Source: Pyrinomonadaceae bacterium (GTDB taxonomy: Bacteria; Acidobacteriota; Blastocatellia; Pyrinomonadales; Pyrinomonadaceae). Taken from it: a stretch of DNA of 64,000 nucleotides. The translations under genes and the position numbers were made by a program. The notes beneath the pieces were generated by a model. The model made no database searches. It had not been told where the DNA came from and worked only from the letters and a program-made list of their open reading frames with translations. Of the stretch, positions 29,556 through 39,712 are shown one piece after another. The stretch covers positions 1 to 64,000 of the forward strand of contig JBKBYA010000010.1 of assembly GCA_046313635.1 (NCBI GenBank). The letters run 5' to 3'. Every line of letters begins with the position of its first letter. The first letter of the stretch is position 1.

Positions 29556-29940
29556 GGCTCCTGCTTTGGAACTTTTCGAATGCCTCCTTGAACATCGCGC
29601 GGTGCCGCCGCTCGCGTTCGGCCGCGAGCCTAAAGCTCGCTGCCGCGTCCGGGCGCGACTCCTCTTCCGCAATGCGGATGAACTCCGGATACATCACCTC
29701 GATCTCATAGTCCTCTCCGTTGGCCGCATTGCTGAGATTCTGAAAGGTAGTGCCGACGGCACCGGCGGCCTTAAGATGCGAGATGCCGTGAATGGTCTCG
29801 GCGCCGGCGGCTTCGAGAAAGAGCTGGGCGAATTCCGGGTAACCTTCCTGCATGGCCTGCATCGCGTAGGCCGTGTACTCGAGCCTCGCTTTGGCTTCGC
29901 CATTGATGGCGGCGTGGAGATTTTCGGCGGTTCGGTTCAT
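29545..29940 (-). CDS. Rubrerythrin-family ferritin-like di-iron protein (no rubredoxin domain)
   Basis: GEAKARLEY, AETIH, GEDYEIEVMYPEF, ERRH; GGAGG RBS. Confidence 0.85.
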   Translation of the reverse strand: MNRTAENLHAAINGEAKARLEYTAYAMQAMQEGYPEFAQLFLEAAGAETIHGISHLKAAGAVGTTFQNLSNAANGEDYEIEVMYPEFIRIAEEESRPDAAASFRLAAERERRHRAMFKEAFEKFQSRSLTA

Positions 29941-30278
29941 AACGTGTCCTCCTTTTCGGCGACCGGTCGGCAAACGGCGCGGGCTAGCGACCACCCGGCG
30001 ATCATCCCGACGCCGAGGCCGGCGGCAAATGTTACGGCGACGGCGCGAAGCGGTTCTTTTTTGATCCTGTACGCGGTGTCGTCGACCAGGTCTTCGGCGG
30101 CATAACGGCCGCGTTTGGCGATTCGTTTGGCGTCGAGGACCACATCCTCGACCGTTTCGGCCGCGCGCTGCTTGAGCATCTCGGCCTTCACGGCGGCACG
30201 TCCGGTGTCGCCGGCGATCTCGATCGCTTTTTTAAGGACGGATCTTTTGGGAGGAGCGTCCGTTGTCTGTTCCAACAT
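29937..30278 (-). CDS. ElaB/YqjD (DUF883)-like tail-anchored protein
   Basis: Helical body ending IKKEPLRAVAVTFAAGLGVGMIAG; AGGAGGT RBS; 4-bp overlap with the rubrerythrin gene. Confidence 0.7.
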   Translation of the reverse strand: MLEQTTDAPPKRSVLKKAIEIAGDTGRAAVKAEMLKQRAAETVEDVVLDAKRIAKRGRYAAEDLVDDTAYRIKKEPLRAVAVTFAAGLGVGMIAGWSLARAVCRPVAEKEDTL

Positions 30279-30534
30279 ATCTGACCTCCTTTTATCGTGC
30301 TTTGAGCGCCCGCAGGCGCGTGTTTGTCCTCGCCCGTCCACTAGCAAGATCCGCGCCGATGCGACAGCAGGCAAAATACGGAGTGTGCGAGCCGGCGGCT
30401 TGCTGCGTCGTATGAAAATCTCCGCGCCGGTGCGTAGATCTAACCGTCGAGCGCCCCTTTGCCGACCTCGTTTGGCCGTCGGGCCCGGCTGTCGTAAGCT
30501 TCCGTTTGAACGACCCCGTGCCCGGCCCGAAGCT

Positions 30535-31797
30535 ATGAACATCTACTTCTGTCGAACGGCGACCGCCGCGCTTTACATTATCCTCCTGTGCCTGGCGTCC
30601 TGGCCCGCCGCAGGCCAGACGGCCAAGCCGGTCCGCGATCTCAAGCCGACCGTCATTCTCATCTCGCTAGACGGCTTTCGCTACGACTACCTCGACAAAT
30701 ACCGGCCCGAGACCCTCAACCGGCTTGCCCGTGAGGGCGTGCGGGCAAAGTGGATGGTCCCGTCGTTCCCGACCAAGACGTTTCCAAATCACTACACGAT
30801 CGTAACGGGGCTCTACCCGGCGCATCACGGCATCGTCGAGAACAACATTTACGATTTTGGCGAGGTCTTTAGGATCAGCGACCGCAAAAAGGTCGGCGAA
30901 TCGCGCTGGTGGCTCGGCGAGCCGATCTGGGTGACGGCCGAAAAGCAGGGCCAAGTCGCGGCTTCATACTTTTTTGTCGGCTCCGAGGCCGAGATCGCGG
31001 GCGAGAGGCCCGATATTTGGCGGGCGTACAACGGCCGCGTCCCGCCCGCTATGCGCGTCGACAAGGTCTTATCGTGGCTCGACCTGCCGCGCGAAAAGCG
31101 GCCGACGATGATCACGCTCTACTTCAGCGACACGGACGACGCAGGGCACGAGTTCGGCCCCGATGCCGAGGAGGTGCAGTACGCCGTCTGGGATGTCGAT
31201 CGCTACATCACTCGCCTGATGGACGGGCTCAAGCGGCGCGGCATCGACAAAAAGGTCAACGTCATCATCGTCTCGGATCACGGGATGGCCCCGGTCGATG
31301 TGCGAAAGGCCGTCTTTATGGACGACTACTTCGATCTCGACGACGCCGAGCAGGTGCTGTACACGCACGAGGTGAATCAGATCTTTCCAAAACCCGGCAA
31401 GCTCGACGAGATCTACTCAAAACTCCAAAAGATGCCGCACGCCGCGTGCTGGAAAAAGGCCGAGATCCCCGAGCGGCTGCATTACCGCGACGGCAGACGC
31501 GTCGCGCCGATCGTATGCTCGACCGAGATCGGCCATATCGTCACGACGCGCAAGCGGTACGAAGACTTTATGAAGGAGATCGACGACCCGGCGCGGCCGC
31601 GCGGCGGTCACGGCCACGACAATAAGTACCGCGAGATGATGGCGACCTATGTCGCGCACGGGCCGGCATTCAGACGCGGGATGGTCGCCGAGCCTTTTCC
31701 GAATGTCGACGTTTACAACCTCATGTGCCGCATCCTCGGACTAAAGCCGGCAAAGAATGACGGCGATATTGAACGAGTTAAGGTGATGCTCAGGTAG
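30535..31797 (+). CDS. Exported nucleotide pyrophosphatase/phosphodiesterase (NPP family)
   Basis: ILISLDGFRYDY, PTKTFPNHYTIVTGLYP, DDAGH, VSDHGM, GGHGHDN. Confidence 0.92.
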   Translation: MNIYFCRTATAALYIILLCLASWPAAGQTAKPVRDLKPTVILISLDGFRYDYLDKYRPETLNRLAREGVRAKWMVPSFPTKTFPNHYTIVTGLYPAHHGIVENNIYDFGEVFRISDRKKVGESRWWLGEPIWVTAEKQGQVAASYFFVGSEAEIAGERPDIWRAYNGRVPPAMRVDKVLSWLDLPREKRPTMITLYFSDTDDAGHEFGPDAEEVQYAVWDVDRYITRLMDGLKRRGIDKKVNVIIVSDHGMAPVDVRKAVFMDDYFDLDDAEQVLYTHEVNQIFPKPGKLDEIYSKLQKMPHAACWKKAEIPERLHYRDGRRVAPIVCSTEIGHIVTTRKRYEDFMKEIDDPARPRGGHGHDNKYREMMATYVAHGPAFRRGMVAEPFPNVDVYNLMCRILGLKPAKNDGDIERVKVMLR

Positions 31798-31803
31798 CGC
31801 AGG

Positions 31804-31872
31804 GTTTAGTGTTCCGGGTTCGGAGTTCAGGGTCTATTTTTGACCTGGAACCCTGAACCCGGAACTCTGAAC
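31804..31872. repeat. Inverted repeat built from GTTC-containing heptamers
   Basis: Left arm GTTTAGT GTTCCGG GTTCGGA GTTCAGG GTC; right arm reverse complement GTTCAGA GTTCCGG GTTCAGG GTTCCAG GTC; 7-nt spacer; sits between convergent genes. Confidence 0.8.
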
Positions 31873-32760
31873 TGTCAAAACCGCTATTTCGGGCGGCATC
31901 ATGAATCTGAAAGGCAGGATGCTCGTGCCGATGCCGCTCGTGACAAAGAGGTCTGCTCCATTCTCGCGGACGTGTCCGTACGAATATTTTTGCCCGTAGC
32001 TTGAAGGTACGATCGGCGTGCCCAAGAGCGGCAGCCAGACCTGCCCGCCGTGAGTGTGGGCCGCGAGCATAAGCCGCAGGTCGCGTGAGACGACGATCTT
32101 CGGGTCGGTAACGATCGGAAAGACGTCGGGCGAGTGCTCGAGCGCGACGATGGGCCCCGAGCCGCCGCTCTCGGCGATGACGCGTTTGAGTCGTCCGGTG
32201 TACTCCTCCCAGTTGCCGACATGCAGCTGGTCTCGCAGACCGAAGATGCGAAACGCAGTGCCGTCGTGCACCACCGATACGATCTGATCGTCGAGCACCG
32301 TGTACCCGAGCCCGCGAAAGCCTGCAGCGATCTCGCCGCTGCCGTACCAGTCGTCGTGATTGCCCATCACGACCATCACGCCGTGCCTCGCACTCAGCCC
32401 CGAGAGGTTTTGCATCAGCGTCGCGAGCGGCATCTTCAGCTCGCGGTCACCGAGCTCCGAGCGGCCGCCGCCGCGCTGCGAGACGTAGTCGCCGAGCAGG
32501 ACGATCAGGTCCGCACTCTCGGCGTTGACGGTCTCGACGATGCGGCGAAGCTTGGCCTCGTCGACGGCGTTCGACCCGCCGTGTATGTCGGCGATCGCGA
32601 CGATCTTGAGACCGTCAAGGCCTTGGGGCCAGCCGTCGATGGTGAGCGTCTGGCGGTTGACGACCAGCCGACGCGGTTCGACGAAATACGAATACGCGAG
32701 TCCCGCCGCCGCGATGGCGGCAAGCATAGTGAGGACCAAAAGAACTCGGCGTCTGCTCAT
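31834..32760 (-). CDS. Metallophosphoesterase (YkuE/YaeI-like)
   Basis: ADIH, GDYV, GNHD, HSPD, HTHGGQV motifs; N-terminal TM. Confidence 0.9.
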   Translation of the reverse strand: MSRRRVLLVLTMLAAIAAAGLAYSYFVEPRRLVVNRQTLTIDGWPQGLDGLKIVAIADIHGGSNAVDEAKLRRIVETVNAESADLIVLLGDYVSQRGGGRSELGDRELKMPLATLMQNLSGLSARHGVMVVMGNHDDWYGSGEIAAGFRGLGYTVLDDQIVSVVHDGTAFRIFGLRDQLHVGNWEEYTGRLKRVIAESGGSGPIVALEHSPDVFPIVTDPKIVVSRDLRLMLAAHTHGGQVWLPLLGTPIVPSSYGQKYSYGHVRENGADLFVTSGIGTSILPFRFMMPPEIAVLTVQSSGFRVPGQK

Positions 32761-32870
32761 AAATTGCTCGGTCGCGGCGATCAGGTCCTGAGAAAGGCGA
32801 ACGCAGTTATTTCACGAAAAAGGCCGCAAAGTACGCGAAGCAGAGACGAGCGGAGAACTTAAGCACACTG

Positions 32871-34625
32871 TTACCGCGGAAAATACTCGCCCCAGCGGCG
32901 GTCGACCAATTCGACGATGTCCTCTCGCGGCTCGACGACGCCGGGGTACCACGGCTTCATCCGCGCGTCTATGACGATCGGCGCGGCGTAGCCGATGTGG
33001 TTGTTCTTGACCGTCGACTCACGGGCATGAATGTCGGTCGCGGGATTGAACCGCGTCCAGGTCGCCCAGAGAAACTTCTCGGTCGAGCGCGCAAACTCGA
33101 TATCGTCGTGCAGCACGACGACCTGCCATTCGTCGAAAGCTCCCGAGTTCGCGATCCTCCCGGCGAGATCCTTGTCTGTCTCGTAGCGCTCGCCCTCGAC
33201 GACGAGGCAGCCGCCGCAGTACGGTTCGGCGCGGCGAGTGCCCGCCGGCAGAGTGCCGCGGAACTCGCGCGTGAGTTCCCTTTTCGCTTCGCCCGTTCCG
33301 ATCATGATTGCCTTGCTGCCGTGATTGATCTTGCCGCTTGCGTAGTCGAGCGTGTCGAAGGCGGTCTGGCTGAAGATGAACAGATCTCGCTGCCACTCGA
33401 CGCGGGCGAGCACGTGCTCAAACAGTCGTTTGAAATCGCGCAGGTCCTGCGGCGTATCGGTGAGCAAAAGGAATTTTGTCAGCGAGAGCTGGCCCTCGCC
33501 TAGAATGCGAAATCCAGCCGACAAAGCTTCTCTCGCGTAGCGCTCGCGGACGACCGCTGCGGCGAGCGAATGAAATCCCGTTTCGCCGTAGCTCCAAAGG
33601 TCGCGCACCGCCGGCATCACGAGCGGAAAGAGCGGCGACAAGAGCTCCTGCAGGTAGTCGCCGATAAAGAAATCTTCCTGCCGCGGCTTGCCGACGACGG
33701 TCGCCGGCCAGATCGCGTCCCGGCGATGAAAGACCGCCTTTGCGTGAAAGACCGGATAATCGTGCGTCAGCGAATAGTAGCCGTAGTGATCGCCGAACGG
33801 GCCCTCGGGGCATCGCTCGTGCGGCGGCACCTCGCCGCAGATGGCAAATTCGGCCTCGGCGATCAGGCGATGGTGGCCGGCGAGCGGGTTTTCGACGGTC
33901 GCGATCTTCGCGTCGGCGAGCAAAGACGCGAGCATCAATTCCGGCACATCTTCCGGCAGCGGCGCGATCGCCGAGAGGATCATCGCCGGCGGGCCGCCGA
34001 GAAATACCGTAACGGGCAGCGAACGACCTTGCCGCTCGGCCTCGTAGTAGTGAAAACCGCCGCCCTTGCCGATCTGCCAGTGCATCCCGGTCGTGCGTTT
34101 GTCGTATCGCTGTATGCGGTACATCCCGAGATTGGGCTTGCCGGTCGTCGGGCTCTCGGTATAGACAAGCGGCAGCGTGACGAAGTGGCCGCCGTCCTCG
34201 TGCCAGAGCTGCAGGAGCGGGAGCCTTTCGAGATCGACTTGCGGTTGGCGAGACTCGAGCACGGGCGCGCTGCCCACGCTCTTTGTGCCGAGCTTGAGCG
34301 CCGTCATTCCCATGTCGCGGTACGACCAGAGCTTGCCGAGCTTGGGCGGGACGAGCAGCTCGACCATCTCGACCGCACGGCGAACGAATTCCTGCGGACG
34401 CTTGCCGAAGGCCAGCTCGATCCGCCGCACCGTGCCGAACATATTCGTCACGACCGGAAACTGCGAGCCCTTCACGTTCGTGAAAAGCAGCGCCTTTCCC
34501 TGCTCGTCGATCACGCGGCGGTGGATCTCGGCGATCTCAAGATACGGGTCGACCTCGGCGGTCACCTCGACGATCTCTCGCTCGCGGCGGAGCGTTTCGA
34601 TGAACGAACGCAGATTCTTGTGCAT
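32871..34625 (-). CDS. UbiD-family (prFMN-dependent) decarboxylase
   Basis: EVDPYLEIAEIHRR, NLGMYRIQ, EGPFGDHYGYY, VVGKPRQED, IDARMKP. Confidence 0.9.
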   Translation of the reverse strand: MHKNLRSFIETLRREREIVEVTAEVDPYLEIAEIHRRVIDEQGKALLFTNVKGSQFPVVTNMFGTVRRIELAFGKRPQEFVRRAVEMVELLVPPKLGKLWSYRDMGMTALKLGTKSVGSAPVLESRQPQVDLERLPLLQLWHEDGGHFVTLPLVYTESPTTGKPNLGMYRIQRYDKRTTGMHWQIGKGGGFHYYEAERQGRSLPVTVFLGGPPAMILSAIAPLPEDVPELMLASLLADAKIATVENPLAGHHRLIAEAEFAICGEVPPHERCPEGPFGDHYGYYSLTHDYPVFHAKAVFHRRDAIWPATVVGKPRQEDFFIGDYLQELLSPLFPLVMPAVRDLWSYGETGFHSLAAAVVRERYAREALSAGFRILGEGQLSLTKFLLLTDTPQDLRDFKRLFEHVLARVEWQRDLFIFSQTAFDTLDYASGKINHGSKAIMIGTGEAKRELTREFRGTLPAGTRRAEPYCGGCLVVEGERYETDKDLAGRIANSGAFDEWQVVVLHDDIEFARSTEKFLWATWTRFNPATDIHARESTVKNNHIGYAAPIVIDARMKPWYPGVVEPREDIVELVDRRWGEYFPR

Positions 34626-34707
34626 AAAGAGAATGGGCCGAGCGATGCGGCCCACGATCTATCTAACAACGATCTCGTCTTGATCGAGCTGCGGGCCCGC
34701 AGTACGG

Positions 34708-35559
34708 TCAGACGGCGTAGTCGTAAAAGCCCTTGCCGCTCTTGCGGCCGAGCCAGCCGGCGTCGACGTACTTCTTGAGCAGCGGGCACGGACGGTATTT
34801 TGGGTCGCCGAGTCCCTCGTGCAGCACGTCGAGGATCGCGAGGCAGACGTCGAGGCCGATAAAGTCGGCGAGCGTGAGCGGACCCATCGGGTGATTCATT
34901 CCGAGCTTCATTATTTCGTCGATCGCCTCGCGCGTCGCGACGCCTTCGTAGAGTGCAAAGACGGCCTCGTTGATCATCGGCATCAGGACGCGGTTTGAAA
35001 CAAAGCCCGGGTAGTCGTTGCATTCGACCGGTACTTTGCCGAGCCGCTCGGAGAGATCTTTGACCTTTGCGTAGGTCTCGTCCGACGTCGCGATGCCGCG
35101 GATGACCTCGACGAGCTTCATCAGCGGGACGGGATTGAAAAAGTGCATTCCGATCACCTTGTCGGGACGATTTGTCACGGCCGCGATCTTTGTGATCGAG
35201 ATCGACGAGGTGTTTGACGCGAGGATCGCGTCGGGGCCGGTAACGGCGTCGACCTTTTGAAAGATCGACCGCTTGATCTCAAAATTCTCGGTCGCCGCCT
35301 CGACGACGAGCGAGCATCCGGCGAGATCGTCGAGCGAGGTCGTCGTTTTGATCCGGCCGAGGATCTCGCCCTTTTTCTCTTCGGTGATCGTCTCTTTTTT
35401 AACGAATCTGTCGAGACTCTTGCTGATATTCGCGACGCCGCGGCCGACGAGGTCTTCCGAGATATCGCACATCAATACGTCGATGCCGGCCGAGGCCGCC
35501 GTCTGCGCGATGCCGTTGCCCATCGTGCCCGCGCCGATGACTCCGATCAATTCACTCAT
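34708..35559 (-). CDS. hbd: 3-hydroxybutyryl-CoA dehydrogenase
   Basis: [54 protein letters not shown]. Confidence 0.92.
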   Translation of the reverse strand: MSELIGVIGAGTMGNGIAQTAASAGIDVLMCDISEDLVGRGVANISKSLDRFVKKETITEEKKGEILGRIKTTTSLDDLAGCSLVVEAATENFEIKRSIFQKVDAVTGPDAILASNTSSISITKIAAVTNRPDKVIGMHFFNPVPLMKLVEVIRGIATSDETYAKVKDLSERLGKVPVECNDYPGFVSNRVLMPMINEAVFALYEGVATREAIDEIMKLGMNHPMGPLTLADFIGLDVCLAILDVLHEGLGDPKYRPCPLLKKYVDAGWLGRKSGKGFYDYAV

Positions 35560-35685
35560 TTTGATAATTACCTCTTAAGTTGTGATGTATAACGCGAAGC
35601 TCGAATTTAGCTAAATTCGACATCCAAAACAAACAGGCGGCGGCCCGCGAGAGCCGTCGCCCGTACGTGCGAGATCGCCGAGACC

Positions 35686-36120
35686 CTACTGCCAGCTGCT
35701 CGGCGGCGGCGGGGCCTGAAAGCCGGGGCCCTGACCGCCTCCGTCGTAGAGCGATCGCCCGAGATCGCCGAGCAAAAACCAGAGGCCGTAAATGCCCAGC
35801 GCGGTGCCGAGCGGAAAATTGAGCAGGGCGAGAATGCTCGCCACGATACCCAGCGTGCGGCCGATCGCCGCGCGCCTGCGCAGCTTGACGCCCGTAAAGA
35901 AAAAGAAAGCGGCCAGGGCCAAAACGCAGAGACCGACCAGCAGCCCGACGACAAACATCACGCCGCCGACTATCTGGTCCTCGTCGCGGGTGCCCATGCC
36001 GAGCATTGCGACGCCCACGCCAGCGTAGATGAGCATCATAAAAACGCCGACGAGAGCGGCAAGGCCGGCCTTGATCAAGAAAAAGATGCCGAGGAGATTG
36101 TTGTGGTCATTAGCGGTCAT
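35686..36120 (-). CDS. Hypothetical membrane protein (about 4 TM)
   Basis: Hydrophobic segments, FPLGTALGIYGLW motif, GAGGTG RBS. Confidence 0.75.
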   Translation of the reverse strand: MTANDHNNLLGIFFLIKAGLAALVGVFMMLIYAGVGVAMLGMGTRDEDQIVGGVMFVVGLLVGLCVLALAAFFFFTGVKLRRRAAIGRTLGIVASILALLNFPLGTALGIYGLWFLLGDLGRSLYDGGGQGPGFQAPPPPSSWQ

Positions 36121-36131
36121 TGCTTCACCTC

Positions 36132-36181
36132 AAAATGAATTGCGGCCGCCGCAATTCTAAATGAAATTACGGCGGCCGCAA
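36132..36181 (-). terminator. Hairpin/terminator after the thiolase gene
   Basis: 17-bp arms TTGCGGCCGCCG(C/T)AATT at 36140-36156 and 36165-36181, followed by T-rich sequence on the minus strand. Confidence 0.65.
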
Positions 36182-36202
36182 ATCGATAGTTGCAGCTTTA
36201 GC

Positions 36203-37396
36203 TCAGATCCTCTCGACCGCCATCGCGACCGAATTGCCGCCGCCGAGACAGAGGCCCGCGACGCCGCGCTTTGCGCCGCGCCGCTTCATCTCGTAGAGCA
36301 GCGTGGTCAGGACGCGTCCGCCCGAGTTGCCGATCGCGTGACCGAGGGCGACGGCACCGCCGTTGACGTTGACGAGTTCGGGATCGATGCCGAGCTCTTT
36401 TACGACGCCGAGAGCCTGGACGGAGAACGCCTCGTTCAACTCAAACAGCTCGACGTCCTTGAGCTCCCAGCCTGCCTTTGCGACCGCCCGCCGTACGCCT
36501 TCGACCGGGGCGAGCATTATGTACTTTGGTTCGATGCCCGAGACGGCATACGAGACCACGCGCGCAAGAGGCTCGACGCCGAGCTCGCCGGCCTTGCGCG
36601 ACGATGTGACGACGAGCGCCGACGCACCGTCGTTGACGCCCGGGGCGTTGCCGGCCGTGACAGTGCCGCCATCCTTTTTGAAAGCCGGCTTGAGCTTGCC
36701 GAGCGTCTCGACCGTCGTGTCGGGCCGCACCGGCTCGTCGTAGTCGAAGACGATCGGGTCGCCCTTCTTCTGCGGGATCTCGATCGGAATTATCTCGTCT
36801 TTGAAGTAGCCCTTCTGATGGGCCTCGTACGCCTTGCGATGCGAGTTGTAGGCAAACTCGTCCTGCGTCTCGCGTGTGATCTGATGCTTCTCGGCCACGA
36901 CCTCGCCGGTGTTGCCCATGTGCCAATTCTCAAAGGGACACCAAAGTCCGTCGTGGATCATCAGGTCGAGCACCTGCTGGTTGCCCATCCGGTAGCCGTC
37001 GCGAGCTCCCGGCATTGCGTACGGAATGTTGGACATCGATTCCATGCCGCCGGCGACGACAAAGTCCATATCGCCGAGTTTGATCGACTGCGCCGCGAGG
37101 GCGACGGCCCGCAGACCGGAGCCGCAGACCATGTTGACCGTCAGCGCCGAGACCTCCGGGGGCAGCCCGGCCTTGAGCGCCGCCTGACGCGCGGGAGCCT
37201 GGCCGAGTCCCGCCTGAACGACGCAGCCCATTATGACCTCGTCGACCTTTGCCGGATCGATGCCGGCGCGTTTGACCGCTTCTCTGATAGCGATCGCTCC
37301 GAGCTCGGGGGCCGTAAAGCCCTTAAGCATTCCCTGAAATTTTCCCGTCGGCGTGCGAGCCGCGCTTACGATAACTGCATCATTGATCTCAGCCAT
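36203..37396 (-). CDS. Acetyl-CoA C-acetyltransferase (thiolase)
   Basis: [32 protein letters not shown]. Confidence 0.95.
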   Translation of the reverse strand: MAEINDAVIVSAARTPTGKFQGMLKGFTAPELGAIAIREAVKRAGIDPAKVDEVIMGCVVQAGLGQAPARQAALKAGLPPEVSALTVNMVCGSGLRAVALAAQSIKLGDMDFVVAGGMESMSNIPYAMPGARDGYRMGNQQVLDLMIHDGLWCPFENWHMGNTGEVVAEKHQITRETQDEFAYNSHRKAYEAHQKGYFKDEIIPIEIPQKKGDPIVFDYDEPVRPDTTVETLGKLKPAFKKDGGTVTAGNAPGVNDGASALVVTSSRKAGELGVEPLARVVSYAVSGIEPKYIMLAPVEGVRRAVAKAGWELKDVELFELNEAFSVQALGVVKELGIDPELVNVNGGAVALGHAIGNSGGRVLTTLLYEMKRRGAKRGVAGLCLGGGNSVAMAVERI

Positions 37397-37473
37397 ATTC
37401 GTTCCTTCGTTATACGGATATAAAAATCGGGTATGAGCCAAAGCTTTAAATTATCACTTCCGCCGGCAAACGA

Positions 37474-38766
37474 CTACGAGAGGCTGCCAAAGCGTTCGTA
37501 GGCTTCGGCCGCCAGCTTTTCGCGATGGTCGGGATGGGCGATCGAGATGAGTTCCCGGGCCCGCTGCCTGAGATTCTTGCCGTAGAGATCGGCGATGCCG
37601 TATTCGGTGACGATGTAGTGTGCGTGTGCCCTTGTGGTGACGACGCCGGCGCCCGGTTTGAGAAAATTGACGATCTTGCTCTCGCCCTTTGACGTGACGG
37701 ACGGCAGGGCGATGATCGGCTTTCCGCCCTCGGAGAGCGACGCTCCGCGGATAAAGTCCATCTGCCCGCCGACCCCGGAGTAAAGCCTCGTCCCGATCGA
37801 ATCGGCGCAGACCTGACCGGTGACGTCGACCTCGATGGCGCTGTTGATCGCCGTCACCTTCGGGTTTCGGCGGATGACCGAAGTGTCGTTGACGTACGCG
37901 ATATCGAGCATCAGCACCTGCGGGTTGTCGTCAACAAAGTCGTACAGCCGCTGCGTGCCCATCACAAATCCGGCGACGATCTTGCCCGGATGCTTTGCCT
38001 TGCGGATGCCGGTGACCACGCCGCGCTCGACAAGGTCGATCACGCCGTCCGAGAACATCTCCGTATGGATGCCGAGATCTTTATGCCCGCCGAGCGCGGC
38101 GAGGACGGCATTCGGTATCGAGCCTATCCCCATCTGCAGCGTCGCGCCGTCGTCGATCAGCTCGGCGACGTGACGGCCGATCGCGCGGTCGACGTCGGTC
38201 AGTGTCGGCGGCGCGACCTCCGGCAGCGGCCGGTCGACCTCGACCATCGCGTCGATGCGGCCGACGTGAACGAGCGCGTCGCCGATCGTTCTCGGCATTC
38301 GCGGATTGACCTGCGCGATAACGACCTTTGCGGTATCTACCGCTGCCCGCGCGATATCGACCGAGACGCCGAGCGAGCAAAAGCCGTGCTTGTCAGGCGG
38401 CGACACGCTGATCATGGCGACGTCCAGCGGGAGCACGCCGCGGCGGAACAAAGAAGGGATCTCCGAGAGGAATACGGGCACATAGTCGGCACGACCCTCG
38501 TTGACGGCCTGTCTTACATTTCCCGCGACAAAGAACGCATTGACGCGAAAGCTGCCGGCGAGCTCGGGCCGTGCATACGGAGCGTCGCCCTCGGTGTGAA
38601 GGTGGACGATCTCGACGTCCCGCAGTTCGTCCGCGCGTTCGGCCATCGCATGCGTGAGCACGCTCGGCACCGCCGCTACACCGTGAACGAACACGCGGTC
38701 GCCCGACTTGATGCGCTTGACCGCGTCGGCGGCTGAGGTGAGCTTGTTTGTGATACTCGCGATCAT
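37474..38766 (-). CDS. Acetyl-CoA hydrolase/transferase (4-hydroxybutyrate CoA-transferase-like)
   Basis: LQMGIGSIPNAV, HTEMFSDG, SGVGGQMDFIRGA, IVTEYGIADL. Confidence 0.92.
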   Translation of the reverse strand: MIASITNKLTSAADAVKRIKSGDRVFVHGVAAVPSVLTHAMAERADELRDVEIVHLHTEGDAPYARPELAGSFRVNAFFVAGNVRQAVNEGRADYVPVFLSEIPSLFRRGVLPLDVAMISVSPPDKHGFCSLGVSVDIARAAVDTAKVVIAQVNPRMPRTIGDALVHVGRIDAMVEVDRPLPEVAPPTLTDVDRAIGRHVAELIDDGATLQMGIGSIPNAVLAALGGHKDLGIHTEMFSDGVIDLVERGVVTGIRKAKHPGKIVAGFVMGTQRLYDFVDDNPQVLMLDIAYVNDTSVIRRNPKVTAINSAIEVDVTGQVCADSIGTRLYSGVGGQMDFIRGASLSEGGKPIIALPSVTSKGESKIVNFLKPGAGVVTTRAHAHYIVTEYGIADLYGKNLRQRARELISIAHPDHREKLAAEAYERFGSLS

Positions 38767-39236
38767 TCTCTTCCAATGTCCTCGTTCCAAAGCTCGGGAT
38801 GCGCGGCGATGAAGCCGGCCATCATCTCGATGCATTCGGCCGAGTTCAGGTCGACGACGCGGACGCCCTTCTCGCGGAGCCATTCGACGCCGCCGGCAAA
38901 ATTCACCGACTCGCCGACGACGACCGTGCCGATATTGAATTGCACGATCAGTCCGCTGCAGAACCAGCACGGAGCGAGTGTCGTGACCATTATCTTGTCG
39001 CGATACGTGCGCTGCCGGCCCGCCTTGCGAAACGCGTCGGTCTCGCCGTGGATCGACGGGTCGCCCTCCTGCACGCGCCGATTGCGGCCGCGGCCGAGCA
39101 GCCGCCCCTCGGCGTCAAAGAGCGCAGCGCCGACCGGCACGCCGCCTTCGGCAAGGCCCAGCCGAGCTTCTTCGATCGCGACGTCGAGCATCGATCGGTG
39201 ATCTGCGAGAGCGCTGCTGTCGGTCATGCTCACCAT
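38763..39236 (-). CDS. Zinc-dependent cytosine/nucleoside deaminase
   Basis: HGETDA...PCWFC motif; C-terminal PELWNEDIG typical of yeast-type cytosine deaminases. Confidence 0.88.
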   Translation of the reverse strand: MVSMTDSSALADHRSMLDVAIEEARLGLAEGGVPVGAALFDAEGRLLGRGRNRRVQEGDPSIHGETDAFRKAGRQRTYRDKIMVTTLAPCWFCSGLIVQFNIGTVVVGESVNFAGGVEWLREKGVRVVDLNSAECIEMMAGFIAAHPELWNEDIGRE

Positions 39237-39332
39237 AGCTTACCTGCCCGCAGCCCGACGCGAAGGTCTCGTCATCGAGCGCCCCGTTTGATTACGAAGG
39301 GCTGAAGTTCATATCATCGAACTCAGGAGATT

Positions 39333-39695
39333 ATGTCGCAGCAGTTCGAGGCAGGAGACTTTTTGATCTTTCAGCTGGAGGCCGGCTACGCCCTGCTCAA
39401 GATCCTGGCGATCGACGGCGACGGCGACGAAAGGGTCTGGCACCTCGCCGCGTACGAGGACCTCTTTATGGACGTCGACTCGGCGGACGACGCGATCTCG
39501 AACAACGCTGCTTTGTTAAAGCTCGGCAACCCTCACCTCGCTCTGACGACCCGCGCGTTTCTGAGTACGCAGGTCGCGAGGATGGGCAACGCCGGCGTCA
39601 GTGATGAGGAACGCGAGCGAGTGTCCGCCTGGCGCCTCGACCCTACATCTCACGCATCTGACCGATCGGTCCGCCTGCTGCTCGGGCTGCGCTGA
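39333..39695 (+). CDS. Hypothetical protein
   Basis: 120-aa ORF with AGGAG RBS filling the gap; no motif recognised. Confidence 0.7.
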   Translation: MSQQFEAGDFLIFQLEAGYALLKILAIDGDGDERVWHLAAYEDLFMDVDSADDAISNNAALLKLGNPHLALTTRAFLSTQVARMGNAGVSDEERERVSAWRLDPTSHASDRSVRLLLGLR

Positions 39696-39712
39696 CGCCC
39701 GCTTGAGAGCGG

